Origin: Sarea resinae
Taxonomy: Eukaryota
Direction: 5' to 3'
Length of the DNA stretch: 64,000 bases
Assembly: GCA_026026165.1 (NCBI GenBank)
Contig: JAPEUD010000020.1
Span: 1 to 64,000, forward strand
Under the pieces are notes generated by a model. The model saw only the letters and a list, made by a program, of their open reading frames with translations, did no database searches and was not told the origin of the DNA. Below are positions 37,140 to 49,540 of this stretch, one piece after another; within the stretch, counting starts at the first letter, position 1, and every line of letters starts with the position of its first letter. The translations under genes were made by a program, and so were the position numbers.

Positions 37140-37880
37140 GCTTGTTGAAATAAAGGTGGGTTGACTTACAATATATTGCATAAGGACTTGACCCACTCTG
37201 TACTTCTCGTCGACACCCCACCACCGCATACCTGTACTGTCACAAGTACCCTTGTACTTCGAACCAGATTAAGGTAGGTAGGTACTTTACGTAAGACTAA
37301 TTGTCGGCATAAGCCGATCCGGTATGGTCACATGACTGTCGCTCATTAGGCAATTGGTGTAAGACGGAGAATTTCAATATACTCTATAGCTATAGCGAAG
37401 GCGAATATCGCCGATTATGTACTCAATTCTCGGTGGACTACTGGCTTCAATTGTTTCTTTCTAGCTGTATAGACACACTCCTTTTCAGCCGTTTAGCAGG
37501 GTAGATAAATCAATAGCCATGAAGCCTATAGCGACTTTGCCTATCTCCTCTTGCGCAGTAAGCCGGCATAGCTGCTCTGTGAGAGAAATAGATTGATAAG
37601 GCAACTTTCGCTTAGAGCTCTAATTCTCGGTACTTAGGTACTACCTCAGGTAGCGATCAGAATAAGCTATCGCTTAAGTGGTTTAGCGTCTATCTTCTGT
37701 TGTTACGGAGTACACTCACTCGCTACCTAAGGTAAAAAGCCATCGTGCCAGCTTAGGAGATAGCCGAATATTTCAGCACTACCTGTAGGTACCTTACTCT
37801 ACCTACGTACCTACCTGCTACCTGCTGAATACTCTAGAGTACAGAAATGTTACTACTAGAAGTGTATAATAGTCAGAGAT

Positions 37881-38061
37881 AATACAGAAAAAGAGCAAAA
37901 AAAAGAAAATCTCAAAGGATAGATATAAAATATTAACTTCTCTGTTATCTAGAAATTATTACAGCTAGGCGCTCTACTAACTTATACACTTTGAGGCTTG
38001 TTAAAAGAAAACTAGGTTGGCTTACAATACATTGCACTAGAACTTAACCCACTTCGTACTT
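37881..38061 (-). pseudogene. Decayed duplicate of the tRNA-Tyr locus including its flanks
   Basis: Direct repeat of about 37025-37205: AATACAGAAnAAGAGCAAAAAAA, TATTACAGC, CACTTyGAGGCTTGTT, CTTACAATA, ACTTrACCCACT. Many differences are C>T/G>A, and the T-arm is destroyed. Confidence 0.8.
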
Positions 38062-38348
38062 AGCATGTATCATAGCAAGTACGTATTCCTGTACTCGAGT
38101 ACATCGAACGAGGAGATTACCTAAGGTACTGTTCCAGAGTATCAGGTAGATGAGTGTTGCCAACGCCAGCCCTAAAGTAGGGTTTCTTTGCTAAGCGAGG
38201 TGCGACTGCTCGTTAGGTTGCTCGCCAAGTTTGTGCGCGAGCGATTTCGAGATCGTGAAGAACAGCCAGCCTCATCGACGACAACACCGGACGACCAACA
38301 ACGACCTTTCTTCCGACTTTTTAATTCCCTTTCGGTTGGAAAGCAATA

Positions 38349-39636
38349 ATGGCTCGTGGACCGTAAGTCGAACTACTGTACTCCTTATACGACAATCATC
38401 CCAAATCATTTGAAGGGGAGCGTCTTGGAAGGGGCCGGCCTATTCAATCCAGTCGATCGCATTGAGAGCAGGAGCAGACACCTCAACTTTGGCGATAGCT
38501 TCTCGGTCGAAAGATGCGGACTCTGGTCAATGCTCGACTGGATGATTTGAAGGCCCCCTTCTGAGAAATGCTCGTCGACGAAAATTCGGTCCTTGTTCTC
38601 GATATATCCGGGTGAGAGCATCATCGCTAACATTTTAATCAATCGAACAGAAAGAAGCATCAAAAGCGCCTTAGCGCGCCATCGCACTGGCTGTTGGACA
38701 AGTTGTCCGGTGCCTATGCTCCCCGCGCCTCCACCGGTCCCCACAAGCTCCGCGACTGCATGCCTCTCATTGTCTTCATCCGTAACCGGTCAGTACTCAA
38801 GAGCGTAGATACGCGTCCTCCGTATACTGATATTTTTCCTCAACAGCCTAAAGTATGCCCTGAACTCGCGAGAGACAAAGGCCATTGTCATGCAACGCCT
38901 CGTCAAGGTCGACCACAAGGTCCGCACGGACGCCACCTACCCTGCCGGCTTCATGGACGTTATCTCGATCGAGAAGACGGGCGAGAACTTCCGCCTCGTG
39001 TACGACACCAAGGGACGCTTCACTGTCCATCGCATCACCACTGAGGAGGCCGAATACAAACTGGGCAAGGTCAAGAGAGTGCAGCTCGGCAAGGGCGGCA
39101 TCCCATTCTTGGTTACGCACGATGCTAGAACGTATGTTTGAAAACCTACCTCTTCTTCATCCTTCAGACGTTGGACCAAGCTTTGGCGATGCACAAGAAT
39201 ACTGATGGGCTGGGTTTTTTAATAGAGTCCGATACCCCGACCCGGCCATCAAGGTCAACGACACGGTCAAGATTGACCTTGAGACCGGCAAGATTACCGA
39301 CTTCATCCACTTTGATACTGGTGTCATTGCCATGGCCACTGGTGGTCGTAACATGGGTCGTGTGGGCGTCATCACTCACCGTGAGCGCCACGACGGTGGC
39401 TTCAACATCGTCCACATCAAGGATGCCATAGACAACGAGTTCGCCACCCGGGAAAGCAACGTCTTCGTCATCGGCCAGGAGAAGCCATGGATCAGTCTGC
39501 CCAAGGGCAAGGGTGTCAAGGTGAGCCCTCTAACCAAACGCATGTCCCGAACAAACTTCTAACTCTGCTCGCTCAACAGCTATCCATCGCCGAGGAGAGA
39601 GATCGTCGTCGGGCATTCGCCATCGCTGGAAACTAG
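38349..39636 (+). CDS. RPS4: 40S ribosomal protein S4 (eS4), 5 exons
   Basis: [81 protein letters not shown] and [23 protein letters not shown]. Confidence 0.98.
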
Positions 39637-40108
39637 ATGTCTTGTGCTTTGTTGTCTAGCAGGTTGTTGGGGAAGGCGATGGTGATGGATGGGGTGGACT
39701 CGAAGCGGAACTTTCTAATTTCAGGGCCGGGCAGGCATTACCGGGTCTTTGTGATGGAAGATACGAATGAATCAAAAAACTTCATGTGCCTCGCAGCGGG
39801 CTTTCCAACTTGCTGCCCTCAAAAGAATTGTGCACATATGATTTTCCTGCGTCTCGCACGTCTTGTTGTAGCAGTAGTAGATTTGGTCTCGGGTATTTCC
39901 TCAATGTAATCCCGAATCTGATTTTCTCGTGGCAACATCTGATCCTCTCACGTCTTCCTACGTTTTCCTCGTCGAGTTCTTTCTTCTTTCTTGATCGTAG
40001 GTCTTACATATATCTTAAGCTCTGAGGTACTGGGTATTGTTGGACATCGGTAATGGTGTAGCCACAGTATTTCAAGAGATGGATGATAGATAATAAAGTG
40101 TGGACTAA

Positions 40109-40152
40109 TATTATTATTACTATTACTATTACTATTACTATTATTATTATTT
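40109..40152. repeat. (TAT/TAC)n microsatellite
   Basis: TATTATTATTACTATTACTATTACTATTACTATTATTATTAT. Confidence 0.9.
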
Positions 40153-40327
40153 CATCATAAAATACAAGATATAACAGAAAGAGAACGAGGGTATTGATTA
40201 TTGGCGCTATACTTTGATTTGATTTGAATTTGATGTGACAAAATAGAATTATAATGGTACTATCGAGAGGACTCTTGATTATATTTCTTGATTGCTGGTC
40301 GCACCTACTGTACTCATCATGCTTGAA

Positions 40328-40383
40328 TGGGTATGGGTATGGGTATGGATGGGTATGGGTAGGTATGGATGGGTATGGGTATG
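40328..40383. repeat. Imperfect (TGGGTA)n microsatellite
   Basis: TGGGTATGGGTATGGGTATGGATGGGTATGGGTAGGTATGGATGGGTATGGGTATG. Confidence 0.85.
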
Positions 40384-41194
40384 CGTATTATATATGCGTA
40401 TTATATATGCTCATGCTCATGCTCATTAATGCGCACGCGCGCGCTCGAAGATCCCATACGGCCATTCCCTGGCCCCCCCGCTACCACTCACTCATCCCAT
40501 CTATCTATCAGGATCCAAGAACGAAAACAGAAGAGAAAGACCCCAAACTCATCTCATGCTATGCCATGCCATGCGCTCCTATCTCCATCCATCCATCCAT
40601 TCAGTCTTCCTTATTATTCTCCAAAAAAATAAAAGGAAAAACAGCTTTTCTATACTCGTTCATCATGATCGTGGTAATAGGAAAAAAAGGGAGAAGGAAA
40701 AGGAAAAAAAGGGGGGAGAAAAAGGATTCATTATGGGAGGGGAGTCAGAAGCAATCACCACGTGCAAGATGGACGCGTGACGTGCTTTTTTGGGTTTTCG
40801 GTTTCGGTTCCGGTAACGCATCTCGCTCAGGCGAGGCTGGTGGTGTTTGCTGGTGCCCGAGGAGACGAGTATATGATTCGGTTGCGGTGGGGCCTTGGTT
40901 TGTGTGTGGCTTTTGTATTTGTCTTTAGATTTGGCGGTGTCCGTGCCTGTCTTTGTCTGCGTCGGTGCCCCTGACGGCCTGTCGTCAATGTCATGGTCGT
41001 GATATGCAGCGTGAAACTGAGATGAGATATTCGTCATCAAGGGAGAAGACAGGAGGCGAGGTGGACAAGGTAGACGGCGAGATGCAATGTAGGCAATGCG
41101 AATGCTATCTAGGTGAATCATCATATGACGCGTGAAGAAAGACAAGACACCACGCTCCAAAAGTGGGATATCAAGATGCAGATTAAAGAAAGGA

Positions 41195-42997
41195 CTAAGG
41201 CCCAGCAGCATAAGTACTCTTGGCCCGCAATTTTTCACCATACATCCACAGCATAAACGGGCCAGGCAGTCCGACGAAGATGGCGATAAACCCGAGCAGA
41301 CTGTTTCCCCAACCATAATGCAGCGCCTTGTACATGGTCGGGGCGAACAGGGGGAACCCAAACCCTGCCAGACTGCGTAAGAAGGCGGTGGCGCTGACGG
41401 CCGAGGCGGCGTATCGGGTGTAGGAATCCACAATGTAGGTCTGCATGCTCTGAAAGCCGATGATGATTCCAGCCGCAAAGATGGTGGCGCCGATATTAGG
41501 CATGATCCAATGGACGTGGGCCTGGGCCGACCAGCCGTACCAAAACAGGCCGATCGGCACGAGAGCGGAGCCGGGGAACATGAGGGGAACGCGGAATTCG
41601 GGGCGGCCAACGCCGTTGTTGCGTTTCTTGAGTCGGCGATAGATACGATCGTTGATGGGAGCGCAGATTTGAGTCCCCAGGAAAAAACCAAGCCCGAGGG
41701 AGACATAGTTGAGGCCTCCGACACCGATAGTCTCGTGGTATTCTTCCGACCAGAGGGTGGGAAAGGTCGAGAGGACGAGATACATGAGGCCATATAGATA
41801 AGCCATGTAGATGGCCAGGACTTGGACGATGGGCTGAGTGGAGAGGAGTCGAAAGGGACGGATGAGCGAGGTGCGCATCAATTTGCCAAAGGTCTTGTCG
41901 GGATTGTCATATTCCGTATGGAGCTTCATGTTTCCGGTCTCCTTTCGCAGCCGCTTTGCTTTTTGCCCGAGTAGCTTTGGTGCATATGTCTCTCGGAGAA
42001 AGAATAGACCAAAGAGCTGAATGACAGCGTCGGCGATGGAGGTGGCCCAAAACGCCCATCGCCACGTGGTGTTCTGTGTGATGAAACCGCCTGCAATCGG
42101 CCCAATGGCGGGACCAAGCAGAGGGGCAAGACTGTAGATGCTGATCGACTTTCCACGCTCTTCAGCTCTCCAGCAGTCGCTGAGAACGCCACCACCAAGC
42201 TATATGCACGTCAGCCAAAGCCAAGGTCGACAGCAACGAAATCTTACGGCTAGCGGCGCGCTTCCACCAAGACCACTCAGAAAACGAAAGGCAATCATTT
42301 GCTGTTTGTTCTGAGCAAACGAGCAGCCAATGTTCCAAGCGAGATAGAACAAGTTGCTCAATTGCAAAACGGGCACCCGTCCAAAGATTTCCGAAAGAGG
42401 ACCGAGGATAAGAGGGCCAATGGCGTACGCGAGAATGAAAATGGACAGGATAAGCTGCTCCTCCACTTCACTCGTAATACCAAATTGCTTCGCCATGGTA
42501 GGAAGGGCGGGAGCCACCATGGATGAGGATACGGGAGAGATGAGCGTAAAGGAGGACACAGTCAGCGTGGCGGCCCACTTCTTCTTCAGCTTCCAATTCT
42601 TTGGATTTGCCGGGTCATCAGGTCCATCCCATGTTACCTGTCATACGCATCAGGCATTACTCTCCGGATCATGGGGATGACTTACCAGGTTTGGATCGCC
42701 GGCATGGCGGGATGAACGGGTCTTCTGCAGCTGCAAGTCTGCGGCTTCGACGTCTCTCACATCTGGAATGCCGCCTCGAACCTCGGGCACGGCCTCGCCT
42801 TCCTTTTCTCCCTCACGATCCGATACCTCTGAATCGCTGTCGGCGAGGACGTCATTGGCCTTTTCAATGTCATGGTCCTGGTCGTTTACATAGACTGAAT
42901 GGTCGTCAATGTGATGGCCGCCCGATATGATGCGGTGCAGGGCGCCTCTTCTCGAGCTGCCCGCCGTCGTCTTTCGAGACAATCCCGGCTCAGACAT
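41195..42997 (-). CDS. MFS multidrug transporter, DHA1 (12-TM) family
   Basis: VTWDGPDDPANPKNW, ISPVSSSMVAPAL, GPLILGPLSEIFGR, FRFLSGLGGSAPL, APLLGPAIGPIAGG, PEFRVPLM and FGFPLFAPTMY. Confidence 0.93.
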
Positions 42998-44499
42998 GGC
43001 GTCGACAGTCGACGGCCCAGGACTCTAGTCGTCAGGTGAGGTTGCGAGAGTAATTATGGTATTGATTGCACTATTATTGTACGATCTCGAGCGAACAGCA
43101 CAACACGAGAGAGGCCAAGGGTGTCAAAGTCACTGCTCGACAGTGTCATGAAAAAAGGAAGCTGGGGAATGGAGGCAGGTAGTGGGGAGGAAGAGAGAAA
43201 GTTACATCAGGAAGAAAAAGGTCGGCCATCTCATTTGGTTCACGCAAAGCAGGGCATTGGACATTTGGTGGCCGTCGGGCAAACACAGGGAGCGAGGGCC
43301 GTCGTTGCGAACGGCTTTACAGCTATTTCCGGAGCCTGTGCCTGATCCCACGACCAGAGTGTCCCATCCAGATGAGAATTTGCTGGTCCCGAGTCGATGA
43401 TCCGTTTGTAGCGCGGCTTTTCGGCATCTTTCGGCGTCTGGAGATGCACATTTCTCGTCGACGGCAATCAATTGAATCCGTCATGCCATGAGAGGCAAAA
43501 GTCGAAAGCAGCGGACGGGGTCCATCAGATATGCAAGGAGCGGGGTGACTTGTGGCGTGGTGCCGCCATACCTGCCGCGCAAGTAGCTTCGAGGGATGGC
43601 TTGACACGAACCCGCCCCAGGACGAGGGCACGCGAGCGCAAACGACCGGGGACTGACTCAGCGAGTACTTCCATCGCAAGTACTCCAGGGTTTTTTGCGG
43701 TGTCTTTCCGCATACCTGCCCGCGTCGTGCACGACGTCGGAGAAGCCTCTGCCGATGCACGAAGCGGCAGGTACTTCGAGGAGTACCGCTACAGTACCTA
43801 TCGAGTCGCGGCAGAGTAAGTGCCTCAGCCACCAAGACGGGTACGATGGAGGTACTCTGGAGGTACTCTGGAGGTACTGGGCCGGCCTAGGCGAGGTCGC
43901 GGCATCGTCTGTTCGCTCGAAATGCTTGTTTGCTGCTACTACGTAGTAGACTCAGATTCGTTGATGAGTCCCATCACTCCCATCAAATCGGATGTACTGC
44001 GATGGTACTGATGTACGTACATTACGGGTTGCAGTGGCCCCGCAGATGCTCGCCGATGTTGAATGCAGCGCCCCGATCTTCGTTGGCACATCGGCCCGGT
44101 CTGTCCTGGATTATTAATCCACACCGCACAGAAAGACGGTGAGACGGCGTCTCCAGACATCGGTGGCATCTTCATCTCGACACTGCCTAGATGCGAAGAC
44201 GGTCCTGGATGTAAGAGTCAGCCTCTTTTCACCTGATGGTCAGACCAGCGTCTACAATGATGATGCCTTGACGTCAATTCGAACACCACAGAATATATAT
44301 TCCACCAAGAAACAAAATATACGAGCAATCATTCTTATACATCAACCTACAATCATTAGTATGTGACAATTGCTGTTCAACCGAGAAGACGATACAAAGA
44401 CTCAAAGGACTAAACAGAAATTAATTCGCACTTCAACAGTCTATGGTCTATAAGAGATCCAGTCCCACAAGAGACTAAACAATACAACTGACAGACAAC

Positions 44500-45597
44500 T
44501 CACCAACCTCGATAACTCTCGCGAGCGGCCCTCTTCGCACGCTCGGCATCCGCCTGCGCGTTCCTATCCTCGGGAATCCAGACATATGTCCTGAGCCGCT
44601 CGTCAACCGGATTGTGATTGTTCGTTTCCATCGCCTCCAGGAGCTTGGCAATGGCTAAAGCCCAGTCATCATCTTGTATGGTGGCTCTGGCATTCAAGAG
44701 CCGGAAGAGATCTGCATTCGGGACGACGTGAGCGAGCTCGACCAGGGATGTCACAAAACTGATCCAGCGGATCATCGTTTCAGCATTAAAGGTACCGTCG
44801 TGGTGACGGAATTCTACCGTCTTCTTCCTGCTCAAGAGAGACTGGAAGTTGGCCTTGTAATACCGAGGAGGGTCGTGAGGGTGGATTCTCGGGCACATGA
44901 TCTCGACAACTTCGGCGATGGTCTGACTAAAATTGCTGATCGCTCGTGCCCTGTCGAGGATGCTGAGACCTCCCAGAGTGCTACTGCGGCTGTTCGGTCT
45001 TGCCCAGGCATTATCTACCTTTAGGCTCCTCCACAACATTCTATCAATGTCGTCTTCAAAGGATACCCACAAGATGGCCAGGTTCCTCACTGTCCGGGTA
45101 GTAAAACCTGCAGTGCCGTTGCCAATATGGACGTGCAGATGGGTGTTGTCGTTCAATTCCGCGATGATCGGCGGGTTTAAAACGTCAGCATTGTCGAGCA
45201 TACCTAGAACTCTCACAAGATCCTGAATCCAATAACGGAGGTTAGCAGGGTATGGAGGAGACACCAACTCGAGTGGCTGGCACTCACACTCCTCAAACAA
45301 CTCTGGATGCTCAGGCATGGCGCTCTCATCTCTGGTGACAGTCCACGCTGTATATTGATCGGCGGGCTTGTCTTCGTAGTCCTCCAGCCCCTCAAACGTC
45401 TCGTCGGAGACAACCTCGATTTCGGTGCCATGGGAATCTGGACCAGCCAGACGGAGCTTTTCCAATTTTGCTCCAAGGAGATGGCGCAAAGTTTCGAATT
45501 CGGTTTTATTGAATTCTTTCATCAGCACGGCGGCAAAGAATTCTATCTCCACGCCAAATGTCACACCAGGAAGAGTGTAGGGTTCTGAAGAAGGCAT
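44500..45597 (-). CDS. Putative amidoligase (COOH-NH2 ligase / Amidoligase_2-like), intronless
   Basis: 365-aa ORF with TFGVEIEF, WTVTRDES, LELVSPP, LHVHIG, RYYKANF and KTVEFRHHDGT. Confidence 0.85.
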   Translation of the reverse strand: MPSSEPYTLPGVTFGVEIEFFAAVLMKEFNKTEFETLRHLLGAKLEKLRLAGPDSHGTEIEVVSDETFEGLEDYEDKPADQYTAWTVTRDESAMPEHPELFEECECQPLELVSPPYPANLRYWIQDLVRVLGMLDNADVLNPPIIAELNDNTHLHVHIGNGTAGFTTRTVRNLAILWVSFEDDIDRMLWRSLKVDNAWARPNSRSSTLGGLSILDRARAISNFSQTIAEVVEIMCPRIHPHDPPRYYKANFQSLLSRKKTVEFRHHDGTFNAETMIRWISFVTSLVELAHVVPNADLFRLLNARATIQDDDWALAIAKLLEAMETNNHNPVDERLRTYVWIPEDRNAQADAERAKRAARESYRGW

Positions 45598-46798
45598 GGT
45601 GATGAGTTCGAGTTGAAAATTCCTAAAGATTAGTAGATAATAATGGAGATAGAAACGGATTTGGAAAGAGTTCGGAAGATGCAGAGCAGATATCTATTGA
45701 AGCGATTGGAGGGGGTCTGGAGTCAAAAACTATCTTGGATCCATCCAAGCTTTTATATTACTTCCCAGCATAGTTCTAGGGATACTGAACGATGTTTGAA
45801 CAGCGGGAAAACAGTGGCAGAAAGATTCTTTGGCCTTTTTGTAACAAGGGTGTAGTTCAATTGAAGCATCTTTGTTTCTTTAGGAAACTTGAAGACATCG
45901 TGAAGAGGCATTGCTGGGATTCGTGAAAGAGTTAGGACAAAGAGCTATACAAAACATTATGTCCCGGACAGTTACCATGATTCTCGAAAACGTCGTGGAC
46001 AATGACATTGTCCCGATTGATTTCGGAACAACGATGGGCTGAAAGAAAATGGCATCTCAAAGAGAAAGACGAAGATATAGAAACAAAGCACCTTTGTCTC
46101 TGGACTTGGGGTGTTTGACGGCTGTAGAACCAGGCTCGAACAAGCCAAGGACGATAGTGCTTCCATTGTCTTGATCGAAGTTCGGGATGAACGATAATGT
46201 AGAAGATTGGGCCCATTAACACAAACGGGATTGAACTGACGCGTTGAGAAAGTATTCTCTTTGTCCGGTCATAGACTGCTCACGGAAGAAAGGGTTGGAG
46301 AGGTGTGATCTGCCAACCGAGCAAAAAGGGCGGCTGCCTGTACTCAGGGTGAGTTCGACAGGCCATTTGATGCTAATGTAATAGAGTGGACCTCGCACAA
46401 GCAGTAAGAATATAGTCCATATAAGCAAACCAGAATGATGATTAATGCCATCTTTTACGGCAATAAAGGTTTCAAGTCATTCGAAAACAGCCTCGTTGGA
46501 AGAGCAGACGTTACGCTCCAGTGGTTGTAAGCAGATTGACGATGTCTCGAACGTGATTGCGCGATCCGATTGACGTATCTGATGCTTGATCAGCGTCAAG
46601 AACGTTGACTGTAGTCACTGTACTCGGAGTAGTTGGCTTACTCAAGCGCGCTGTAGGTTGCGGAACCATCTCCGCCACAGGTAAACAGCCTATATAATCG
46701 GTTGCGATCGATCCATCAGCCATTCAAATCTCATAGAAGCCTATATTATTTGTGAAATATAAACAAATCGAGCAGCTGCAGACGTCTCGCTTTGGAGT

Positions 46799-47517
46799 AT
46801 GGCAGACCCATCTTTATACACGTACCCATCCCCGCTGGAAGGCTACGAAAAGGCCGAACCGCTGCCCGAGTGTGTCCCAATTTCGCATTGCACATTTTCA
46901 AACTGCTCGCACTAATACGAACCTAGTGAAAAGAACGAGGACGGCAAAAGCTATGTAAATCCCCAGACCGGTGTACTGAGCACCGCATACGAGACATTCG
47001 TCGATCCTATAGCAAAGGATAGACGAGGAGGTTTTGACGTGCATATATACTACTATCAGGTAACACACCCGCGATGTGGTAAGAGAGGTCTGCAACCTGA
47101 TCCATGCTGACGTTCTGTTTTGTAGTACAATGAGGGCCAAAAGACGTTTGCTCTAGCACTCTGGGAGCGCATCCGCCGAGAATGTCCGTTGTCCTCCTTA
47201 TCAGAGCCCCAGTCCAACCACAAGCCGCTCAGATTACATGAAGAAATTAACCGATGTATATATCTACAGTTCCCGAACTCCGTATCTACCGCTTTTGGGA
47301 CCGGCCAGTAGGGCCGCATGTGGTTGCCATGTTCGAGGTAAATATCTTCACGCCGGCACAGTTCGGCGCTTTCGTCCCTTGGCTTGTCATCAATCGCGGG
47401 CCTCTGAGCGCCCTGGTGCATCCGAATACGGAGGATGGGGTAAGAGATCATACGCAGAGAGCGACATGGATGGGAGAGAGACTGCCGTTGGACTTGAGCC
47501 CATTCAGGAAGGGATAA
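46799..47517 (+). CDS. DOPA 4,5-dioxygenase family protein, 4 exons
   Basis: MADPSLYTYPSPLEGY, GFDVHIYY, LWERIRRE|FPELRIYRFWDRPVGPH, WLVINRGPLSALVHPNT and DHTQRATWMGERLPL. Confidence 0.9.
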
Positions 47518-49540
47518 TGTGAATCAATTCAAAGCTGGAGTGCCGGAAATGGAAATAAAGTTTTGGGACATGGACGGAATTGGTCGGCTTCTTCACGCAG
47601 GTGCCTTGTCGTCCTCTTATCCCTATCCTTAGCAACACCTTACGAAATGCACATCATCAGTCTTCCAGAACTCTGGTGATTTATTCTGTATCCCATGAAT
47701 TGACTAAAGGTTTGGTTCTTAAGAGATAAGGAATATCGACAAGTCAAGCTGCAAGTCCGATCAAGAGACCGTCGTACAAAACCCATAGGAACAGAGGCCC
47801 AGCGGCGCGCAGGAAAACACTTCGGTCCTTGAGAGCACTGCCTTTGCCAAGGAGCGGAGTTGTGCCCGCGCAGTGGAGCTATTCCGCTTTGCATTCTTGT
47901 CGGGAGGACTTCTCCCGACCATACCCTAAAGTGCATTTGGTACTAAACGAGCTCTCGAGTCTCGCAAAGAAGATCGGATGGTCGAGAATGGAGATGACCA
48001 TGACAGAAGAGAACGAAAAGGCATGAGAGAGAGCGAAGCCGGTACGGAGTAGCCCTGAGGGGTAGGGTCGAATGACCCTGAAGATATCCACAACCTGGCT
48101 CTCCTTGGCAGTCCAGGCAGCAGCGGCACAGCGCACGAGGCACCAGGTCGTCAGCCTACCTAGGTAATCTACAGTACTTTCGTATTCGGAGATTGAAGTA
48201 TTTCATCTGCATATATTGTGAGGGAGGATCGGAAACGGTACCTGAGAGAAAGTATCTCGTTTCTCGGTCTTGCGAGCGAGACCCCTTTCGCGCATTTTAT
48301 CTCCGTTCGGCTCGTAGGGCACGCGATGGCAAGGGCCTTGGAAAGGAAGGTCGGGGCCACTTGGGGCTCTTAGTCTTTCCCTTCCTTGCGTCCATCGTTG
48401 ATCCCGTTGATCACGTTGATCGATCGAGTCGAATGAGATCTCGCAGCAATGCCTGATGATGTACTCCGGAGTACTCGATGCGTCCGTCGGTCATCATCAG
48501 CTTCTTCTCTTCCATCTCTCAGTCGACGAAGCTGCTGGTCTCAGTCAGGTCACATCTCCCATCCAAATCATCTTTCTAGAGGCCCAGCAACGATCAGCTT
48601 GTACCGCTTTAGAAGGCGGACAGAAGCAGCGCCTAGCTCACGTTTCTCTTTGTCTTCTGCACCATTCGGCCGAGAAGCACGGGTGAGGTGGGTATCAGCT
48701 AAGGTAGATCCAGCCTTAGTCCTCTGCACGCGATGGTCGGGTAGGCCCCAAATTGGACAAGCAACCGACTCTGCGCTCAAACCACTTCCGACCTTACACC
48801 ATGGCTGGATCGCTTTCGGCCCTATCACTTTGTGCGTGCCTTGTCTTCAACGTTGCCTACGATAGTACGGGCTTTCCGCTCTACCTGCATGGTCGACGGG
48901 CCATGTTTTCTTTACGTTGTAACTTCATCGGATAGTCTGGCTCGTGCCGACGGAGCCCTTCTTTGGACCAATCAGGTTGACAATGTGCCTGTCATTTTTA
49001 CGATTAAGCTCTTTGGAGCGGTTCGCCATGCAGGAACGCCCCGCAGGATTCTGCCCCTGGGCTCATAGGGTTCGGTCGAGAACGCCACGCACCCATTTCC
49101 ATCCAAGTTTCTACTCACTTTTCTCCTCGGATGATCAGGGAGTAGCGGCGTACGGTGATAGCGTTGGATACGCCGTGGCTTGACTTATCGTACTTGGGGC
49201 TACACCAAGGCATGGCCCAGCGCGACGAAGCAAATGCCCACTGCTGTCAGCAGGGGCTCGTCATGTTGCCCCAATCGCTAGAGGGCTGGAGCGCCACCGC
49301 GTGATGGAGCCAACGCTTCTCAACCGTCTAATAAGATGGTTGTGAGGGCCCTTTTCTCTGTTCCTTCCATCCTCTTACTTCTTGTGGCAATATCAAAATC
49401 ATCATTCACAGCGCCAGCTCTTTGGCTTTGCAAACGTTTGTTTGCGTCCTTTCGTTGACCTACGGTCATCATACATTCTTTACCGGCTACGGCCAACCAA
49501 TCTTTGCCAATATATCTAAAATTCTTCTGTTAATTTCATA

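Noticed and set aside
38363..38650. Possible snoRNA in the long first intron of RPS4
   Set aside because: GATGA and CTGA words occur at about 38541-38564, but there is no canonical RTGATGA box C and no guide I can assign. An Rfam or snoscan search would be needed.
40254..41194. 224-aa ORF at 40254-40928 and the distal part of the 376-aa ORF 40663-41793
   Set aside because: Microsatellite and low-complexity 3' UTR sequence plus an alternative frame of the MFS gene.
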